Below, piece by piece: positions 35,262 to 39,653 of a DNA stretch of 39,653 nt. Position numbers and translations under genes: made by a program. Below the pieces are notes generated by a model. The model worked only from the letters and a program-made list of their open reading frames with translations, did not search any database and had not been told where the DNA came from. Source of the DNA: a virus (Duplodnaviria > Caudoviricetes); the IMG/VR virus record IMGVR_UViG_3300046495_000010, positions 1 to 39,653 of that record; one strand, 5' to 3'. Each line of letters begins with the position of its first letter. The first letter of the stretch is position 1.

Positions 35262-35783
35262 ATGTACGTGCTCATCTTCCACAACGTCACCACACTGGCT
35301 GATCTCGCCGCACGCGGTGACGAGCACGCCGCGCAGGACATCGCCCGCGACAAGACCAACGCCAAGGCGCTGGCGATCTTCCGCCGGATGCCACACGGCA
35401 ACGACGACAAGGCACCCATCGAGCCCGGCGACAAGTTGGCCTACGTCGGCGACTTCGGCATCGAAGACCTCGACGCCACCGCGCTGGACGCCGCCAACGC
35501 CGCCTTCGCGGCAGGCAACGCACCCGGCGGCCCGAACGTCGACCTCTACCGCTCATGGCAGGTCCGCTCGCTGAGCGTCGGTGACGTCGTGATCGCCTAC
35601 CCGACCAACGGTGACAAGCCTGTCGCGTACGCGGTCGCAGGCTGCGGCTGGCAGCCCCTCGACGCCGATCTGGACGCCTACGAGGTCGACGTGAGCCGGG
35701 CGGATCTGCGTAACCCCGGGCCGTGGCAGAAGTGGGTCAAGCGCCCCGCCGACCACGTCTCCAACCAGTCAGAGGTCTGGTGA
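35262..35783 (+). CDS. YodL-like domain protein
   Basis: AF...N...RSLSVGDVV......AYAV...GW signature. Confidence 0.7.
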   Translation: MYVLIFHNVTTLADLAARGDEHAAQDIARDKTNAKALAIFRRMPHGNDDKAPIEPGDKLAYVGDFGIEDLDATALDAANAAFAAGNAPGGPNVDLYRSWQVRSLSVGDVVIAYPTNGDKPVAYAVAGCGWQPLDADLDAYEVDVSRADLRNPGPWQKWVKRPADHVSNQSEVW

Positions 35784-35959
35784 GCCGCCCCGGGCACGAC
35801 GCCCAGTGCGAGTGGGGCCAGAGATGCCCCATCGACATGGGCGGACTGCCCCCCGAGTACGCCGTCCGTGAGGACTGCAAGTGCGCCGTGCGCGCCTACC
35901 AGCGCGACCCCCTGCCCGGGGTCGAGGAGCCCCCCGACGCTCAGGAGGACCCATGGTGA
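35780..35959 (+). CDS. Small Cys-rich protein
   Basis: GTGA overlap; HDAQCEW...C...CKC. Confidence 0.6.
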   Translation: MSRPGHDAQCEWGQRCPIDMGGLPPEYAVREDCKCAVRAYQRDPLPGVEEPPDAQEDPW

Positions 35960-36375
35960 TGTTTGAGGCCACCATCCCCCAGTCGCTCGTGTTCTCGTTC
36001 GCCGGGCAGGCAGGCCAGTACCCGCAGTACGGGATGCCCGGGATCTCCTACTTCAAGGGTGTGATCTCTGCCAAGGTCTGGGTCAACTGCCTGCTGTTCC
36101 GCGATGAGCACGGCATCCTGCTCGGGGTCCTGAACCACTACCCGATGACCTCGGTGTGGGAGGAAGCGGGCAACGTCAACGTGTTCATCGACCCAGCCCA
36201 CAAACGCAAGGGCATCGGGACGGCGCTGGTCGCCGAGTGCATCGCCCGGTGGGGGCAGATCAACACCGCCCAGCAGCGGTTCACCCCAGAGGGCGCAGCG
36301 TGGGCTGAGAGGCTCGTGCTGGATGGACAGAACCGGGCCGACGGGTTCGGCGATTCACTGTCAAGACCGAGTTGA
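35953..36375 (+). CDS. GNAT-family acetyltransferase
   Basis: AGGAGG RBS; motif A VFIDPAHKRKGIGTALV. Confidence 0.85.
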   Translation: MVMFEATIPQSLVFSFAGQAGQYPQYGMPGISYFKGVISAKVWVNCLLFRDEHGILLGVLNHYPMTSVWEEAGNVNVFIDPAHKRKGIGTALVAECIARWGQINTAQQRFTPEGAAWAERLVLDGQNRADGFGDSLSRPS

Positions 36376-36395
36376 CGATAAAGGGAGAGCGTGTG

Positions 36396-36605
36396 ATGCC
36401 AGAGAAGAAATGGTCCCGCTGGACCATGAACCAGCACATCGACGAGGCCCAGCGCATCGTCGAGGGAGCCGTCCAGACCCCGCCGGGCACCTACGTCGAA
36501 CTGCTCGCGCTGGCTCAGGTCCACGCGACGATCGCACAGGCCAAGGCCGTCGACATGCTCGACACGACGGTGACCCGCCTCGCCGATCTCAAGGAGGGGC
36601 CATGA
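36396..36605 (+). CDS. Helical small protein, paralog B2
   Basis: HIDEAQRI...ELLALAQVHATIAQAKA. Confidence 0.75.
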   Translation: MPEKKWSRWTMNQHIDEAQRIVEGAVQTPPGTYVELLALAQVHATIAQAKAVDMLDTTVTRLADLKEGP

Positions 36606-36832
36606 GCCAAGAGCGGCTGATGATCGCCTGCGCCGACGGGGAGCACACCCGCTGCGACGGGTCAGGACGTGACTCGACCGTCGGGTGCTCGTGTCGCTGC
36701 CACCGCCGAAAGGCGGGACATGTCCACCAGTGGGCGCCTCTGCTGGGTGCCAGCAGGGGCCAACTGTGGCCTCAGCACTGTACCGATGGCGGCTGCACCG
36801 CGAAGTTGATCGACCACGAGGTGGTGTGGTGA
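36602..36832 (+). CDS. Cys/His-rich protein
   Basis: AAGGAGG RBS; C..GEH..C...CSCRCH...H.HQW...C...C. Confidence 0.7.
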   Translation: MSQERLMIACADGEHTRCDGSGRDSTVGCSCRCHRRKAGHVHQWAPLLGASRGQLWPQHCTDGGCTAKLIDHEVVW

Positions 36833-37260
36833 TGGAAAACCAGTGCTTTAGCGCCGGACGGCTCGCGGCAGAGGCGCAGGAGGTGGCGGCGCGACCGGGG
36901 TACGTCTCGTGCCCTACGTGTGGGCGTGACGTCCATGTCAACAAGGACGGGACTTTGCACATCCACTCAGGCTATGGCTATCGGCGGACCACACCGGAGT
37001 TCGTGATGATCCCCGGCAGCCTGTCCGTGGAGGCGGACGGGCTCGGCCCACGGCAGCCCCGTCAGCCGCCACCCAAGGGCATCTTGGCCACGGACATGCG
37101 GACCCTGATCGACAGCCTTGAGGTGATCGTGCAGGAGGCGACCTCCTACGGGACGTTGACGACCTGCACGGTGGAGGCTGACGTGACCGGCTCCACGGTG
37201 GTCGCTGTCTACGCCGAGGGTGACTGGTGGTTGAGGTGGAGCCCATGGACGTCATCCTGA
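36832..37260 (+). CDS. Hypothetical protein with Zn ribbon
   Basis: TGATG coupling; C...CPTCGR.V.V..DG.L..H. Confidence 0.65.
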   Translation: MENQCFSAGRLAAEAQEVAARPGYVSCPTCGRDVHVNKDGTLHIHSGYGYRRTTPEFVMIPGSLSVEADGLGPRQPRQPPPKGILATDMRTLIDSLEVIVQEATSYGTLTTCTVEADVTGSTVVAVYAEGDWWLRWSPWTSS

Positions 37261-37619
37261 ACCCGGGCGCCGGGGACGTCCCAGACGCGACGCTGGACCA
37301 CGCGATCGAGAACTGTCAGTGGTTCGCCGCCGACGTGATCGCCGCCCATGGGTACAGGGATGCGACGTGGGTGGCCAAGGACCCGCTCGGTCAAAACAGT
37401 GAGCAGCCGCGCGGCGGGCGGTGGGAGTTCGTGCTGACCTGTGAGCCGGATACGCCGGGGGCGCCGTTGGAGCAGTGGGTGCTGGACATGCCGGGGGTGC
37501 CGTTGGGGCGGGTCCGTTATCTCGGTGAGGAGGGCCAAAACCCGTTCGACTTCGTCCGGCTGTACGTGGATGGGTCGTCGTGGTTGTGGAAGTTCGCTGT
37601 CAACGTCTGCGGCCCCTGA
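37245..37619 (+). CDS. Hypothetical phage protein
   Basis: ILNPG...GRW.F...MPG.PL..VRY.....QNPFDF.RLYVDGSSWLW.FA. Confidence 0.75.
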   Translation: MDVILNPGAGDVPDATLDHAIENCQWFAADVIAAHGYRDATWVAKDPLGQNSEQPRGGRWEFVLTCEPDTPGAPLEQWVLDMPGVPLGRVRYLGEEGQNPFDFVRLYVDGSSWLWKFAVNVCGP

Positions 37620-37621
37620 GC

Positions 37622-37676
37622 CTGCTAACCGGGTTGGCAAATGTGCTACACTAGAAGTGGGGAGAGAGAGAGGTGA
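37622..37676 (+). promoter_or_regulatory. Cassette repeat 6
   Basis: CTGCTAACCGGGTTGGCAAATGTGCTACACTAGAAGTGGGGAGAGAGAGAGGTGA. Confidence 0.9.
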
Positions 37677-37766
37677 TGCGGAGTGAGAGGGCGCGGGCGC
37701 CCGACTGAGGCCCGCACGCAAGAGCCCGCCCCGGGTATGAGCCGGGACGGTAGGAAGGAGGGCGTG

Positions 37767-37949
37767 ATGACCAAGTACGTTGTCGCGCTGACTGCGGAGA
37801 CCGGGTGGGAAGCCTACCTGACCACGCAGGAGTACGAGGTCGAGGCACAGAACGCCGAGGCCGCAGAGGTTGCCGCAAGGCAACAGGCGCGCGAGAGGTA
37901 CGCCTACGAGCACGCCAACAACGGAACCGCGCAGGTTCGGGAGGTCTGA
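37767..37949 (+). CDS. Small protein with VEA..AE.A motif
   Basis: AAGGAGG RBS; KY.V...YEVEAQNAEAAE..A. Confidence 0.7.
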   Translation: MTKYVVALTAETGWEAYLTTQEYEVEAQNAEAAEVAARQQARERYAYEHANNGTAQVREV

Positions 37950-38332
37950 TGTTCACCGTCCAGATCGTGGAGGTCGACGGCTCCCCGCTGCACGCCGTGA
38001 CCGGGAAGTTGGCCCCGGAGTACGAGGGGCTGCCCGAGCCGTTCAAGGTTGCCCTGTACGAACTGATGGACAACCCCGAGGACAGCGTGTGCGCCAACTG
38101 CAACAAGCCCGTCGGGTTCGTCCTCGGAGGCGAGGACCCGACCTACGGGGAGTCGCTGGTCTGGCGCTGGGCCACGCTGGTGCGTGAGGCACCCGCCGAC
38201 CGTGAGGTGCTGGACCTGCTGGGCAAACTGACGGTGATGTTCACCGCGCCCCCGGTCGAGGTGCTCTGTGAGGACTGCTCCCTGAACTGGGTGCCGAGCG
38301 CGGGCATCGACCCCGAGAGTCAACCCGGTTAA
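37949..38332 (+). CDS. Zn-binding hypothetical protein
   Basis: TGATG coupling; CANC...LCEDC; its stop TAA lies inside repeat 7. Confidence 0.7.
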   Translation: MFTVQIVEVDGSPLHAVTGKLAPEYEGLPEPFKVALYELMDNPEDSVCANCNKPVGFVLGGEDPTYGESLVWRWATLVREAPADREVLDLLGKLTVMFTAPPVEVLCEDCSLNWVPSAGIDPESQPG

Positions 38333-38371
38333 CGAACCGTGATACAATTCTGGTAGCGCGAGAGGGAGGAA
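38317..38371 (+). promoter_or_regulatory. Cassette repeat 7
   Basis: GAGTCAACCCGGTTAACGAACCGTGATACAATTCTGGTAGCGCGAGAGGGAGGA. Confidence 0.8.
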
Positions 38372-38373
38372 CC

Positions 38374-38625
38374 ATGAGCCGTGACCGCATCTGCTACTGG
38401 CTAGACGAGACCCTGACCGACAAGGCAGGCCACTACGTGCCGGGGCTGGTCGTCGAGAACGAGTCCGGGTACTACGAGCAGACCAAGGTCGTGCTCGCCA
38501 CAGACTTCGCCACCGCCAAGGCCACGGTCGAGGCCCTCAACGCCGACATGGGCGTCACTCCCGAGGACGCCCGAGACATCGTCGCCTCCTCCATGTTCAA
38601 GGACGGCATCATCGACCATGAGTAA
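38374..38625 (+). CDS. Small phage protein
   Basis: Y.P.LVVENESGY...A......LN..MG.TPE.A..IVASSM. Confidence 0.75.
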   Translation: MSRDRICYWLDETLTDKAGHYVPGLVVENESGYYEQTKVVLATDFATAKATVEALNADMGVTPEDARDIVASSMFKDGIIDHE

Positions 38626-38872
38626 GGCTGAGGAGTTGGCCGCCAAGATGCTCACCGAGGCCCCTGTGCGCTGGAAGGCCAAGGTCCGGGCCTGTCCATC
38701 CTGCGGACGCACAGTGCTGACCACCGAACGCCTGATCCCCGGAGGCGGCTCCCAGACCACGTTCGTGGCCCACTCCCGGGTCGAGCCCACCGGCTGGTCC
38801 GCCCGCACGCTGGCACTGCCGGTAGCCACCCCCTACCAGACATGCGAGCAGTCAGGCAAGGACGTGCCATGA
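38618..38872 (+). CDS. Zn-ribbon hypothetical protein
   Basis: CPSCGR...H...C..SG. Confidence 0.65.
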   Translation: MSKAEELAAKMLTEAPVRWKAKVRACPSCGRTVLTTERLIPGGGSQTTFVAHSRVEPTGWSARTLALPVATPYQTCEQSGKDVP

Positions 38873-39147
38873 GCACCGTCATCATCTTCCAAGGCTTGGC
38901 CGGGACCCTCTGGGACGGCGAAGCGCCAACCCCCGGGCAGTACCTACGCGAGTACGACCACGAGTACGCCGGAGGGCTCGGCTGGGCCGACTGGACCTCG
39001 GACCCCACCAAGGCCCTGACGTTCGACTCCCCGGCTGAGGCGCTGCGCGTGTGGCGCTCCCAGTCGCGGACCCGGCCCGTCCGGGTCGACGGTCAGCCCA
39101 ACCGGCCCCTGACCGCCTACACCGTAGAGATCGGTGAGATCCCATGA
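38869..39147 (+). CDS. Hypothetical phage protein
   Basis: YL..YD.E..GG.G...WT.DP.KA..F...W..QS..RP.R.DG.PNRPLTAYTV. Confidence 0.75.
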   Translation: MSTVIIFQGLAGTLWDGEAPTPGQYLREYDHEYAGGLGWADWTSDPTKALTFDSPAEALRVWRSQSRTRPVRVDGQPNRPLTAYTVEIGEIP

Positions 39148-39653
39148 GAGCCGCACAGGTCCTCGACTACCAGAAGTCGCTACGGGACGGGCTGCGGACC
39201 GGGTTCTACCGCACCTACCTTGACGGGTTCCTGAAGTCCGTCACCATCAAGTCCGGCAGCGTCACCAACCGCCGCGACGCTGAACACCTCGGCGACGCGT
39301 GGGCCGACACCGAGATCGCCACCTTGGAGATCGCCTGCGCGTTCCACGTCGACCGTGAGATGGCGCCGCTGATCCGCCACGCCGCCGCCGGGCTGGACGA
39401 GGACTTCACGTGGTCCAAAGAGGTGTTCCCCACCGATCGCGGATTTATGATGTTCGACGAGCCGCTGACCCTGCGCGAGGTACGCCAGCGCACCATGCGG
39501 ACCGCCGCCGTGGTCTGGCGCTGGGGGAGCGGACCCTACGGGCAGGCCGGGGTCTGGCTCTCGATGTACTCCAAGTGGGACGACGCGCTGGACGAGGTCG
39601 CCGTGGAGATCCGCGAGCGCCTCGGGGACAGCCGGTGCCAGAGCCTCGGGCCG
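39144..39653 (+). CDS. Hypothetical protein (3' truncated)
   Basis: ATGA overlap; frame stays open to the window end (MRAAQVLDYQ...PTDRGFMMFDEPL...). Confidence 0.7.
   Translation, partial: MRAAQVLDYQKSLRDGLRTGFYRTYLDGFLKSVTIKSGSVTNRRDAEHLGDAWADTEIATLEIACAFHVDREMAPLIRHAAAGLDEDFTWSKEVFPTDRGFMMFDEPLTLREVRQRTMRTAAVVWRWGSGPYGQAGVWLSMYSKWDDALDEVAVEIRERLGDSRCQSLGP

Larger units (their letters stand above)
1..39653 (+). mobile_element. Actinobacteriophage (siphovirus-type) genome segment or prophage, both ends outside the window
   Basis: Canonical order of head-tail connector, tail, tape measure and lysis genes, followed by recombination genes and small ORFs. High GC, all genes co-oriented, no host housekeeping genes. 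Confidence 0.95.

Noticed and set aside
30308-38371. Repeats as a CRISPR array
   Set aside because: Copies are degenerate and separated by 0.7-2.4 kb of genes. No cas operon; the Cas4-like nuclease is the partner of Bet.
30308-38371. Repeats as true integron attC sites
   Set aside because: TAAC and GTT are only 3 nt apart, with no L boxes or long stem. Cassettes carry their own promoters and no IntI is present. Kept only as an analogy.
430-39496. Many long minus-strand and alternate-frame ORFs in the track
   Set aside because: They are Arg/Pro/Gly-rich shadows of high-GC + strand genes, with no RBS or recognisable motifs.

Overview
This window is a 39.7 kb segment of a high-GC, long-tailed (siphovirus-type) phage or prophage of an actinobacterial host. 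Every credible gene is on the + strand, and many are coupled by ATGA/TGATG overlaps. Order: (1) 1-15.4 kb virion genes: a Gly/Ser repeat fibre, head-tail connectors, major tail protein, tail chaperone with a probable -1 frameshift, tape measure, minor tail proteins, a 1275-aa propeller/hub/peptidoglycan-binding fusion and a GT32-like glycosyltransferase. (2) 15.4-17.0 kb lysis genes: two membrane proteins and a CHAP endolysin. (3) 17.2-25.7 kb: Bet/RecT annealase with a PD-(D/E)XK exonuclease, a RepA-like HTH protein, two HNH nucleases, a non-coding DnaA-box cluster, and displaced terminase-small-like and holin-like genes. (4) 26.2-39.65 kb: an island of about 40 small ORFs, including Arr-like ADP-ribosyltransferase, GNAT, YodL-like, DUF3846, RHH and many Cys-rich proteins. 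The most striking feature is in part (4). From 30.3 kb the island is cut into 0.7-2.4 kb cassettes by seven copies of a ~45-55 bp element: a 15-bp palindrome (GCTAACC-N-GGTTAGC), an extended -10 (TGnTACACT) and a purine-rich RBS. Six of the seven copies sit on or just after the stop codon of the preceding gene. No integrase, repressor, capsid, terminase large subunit, polymerase, tRNA or CRISPR array was seen. All protein calls come from motif recognition by eye, with no database search.
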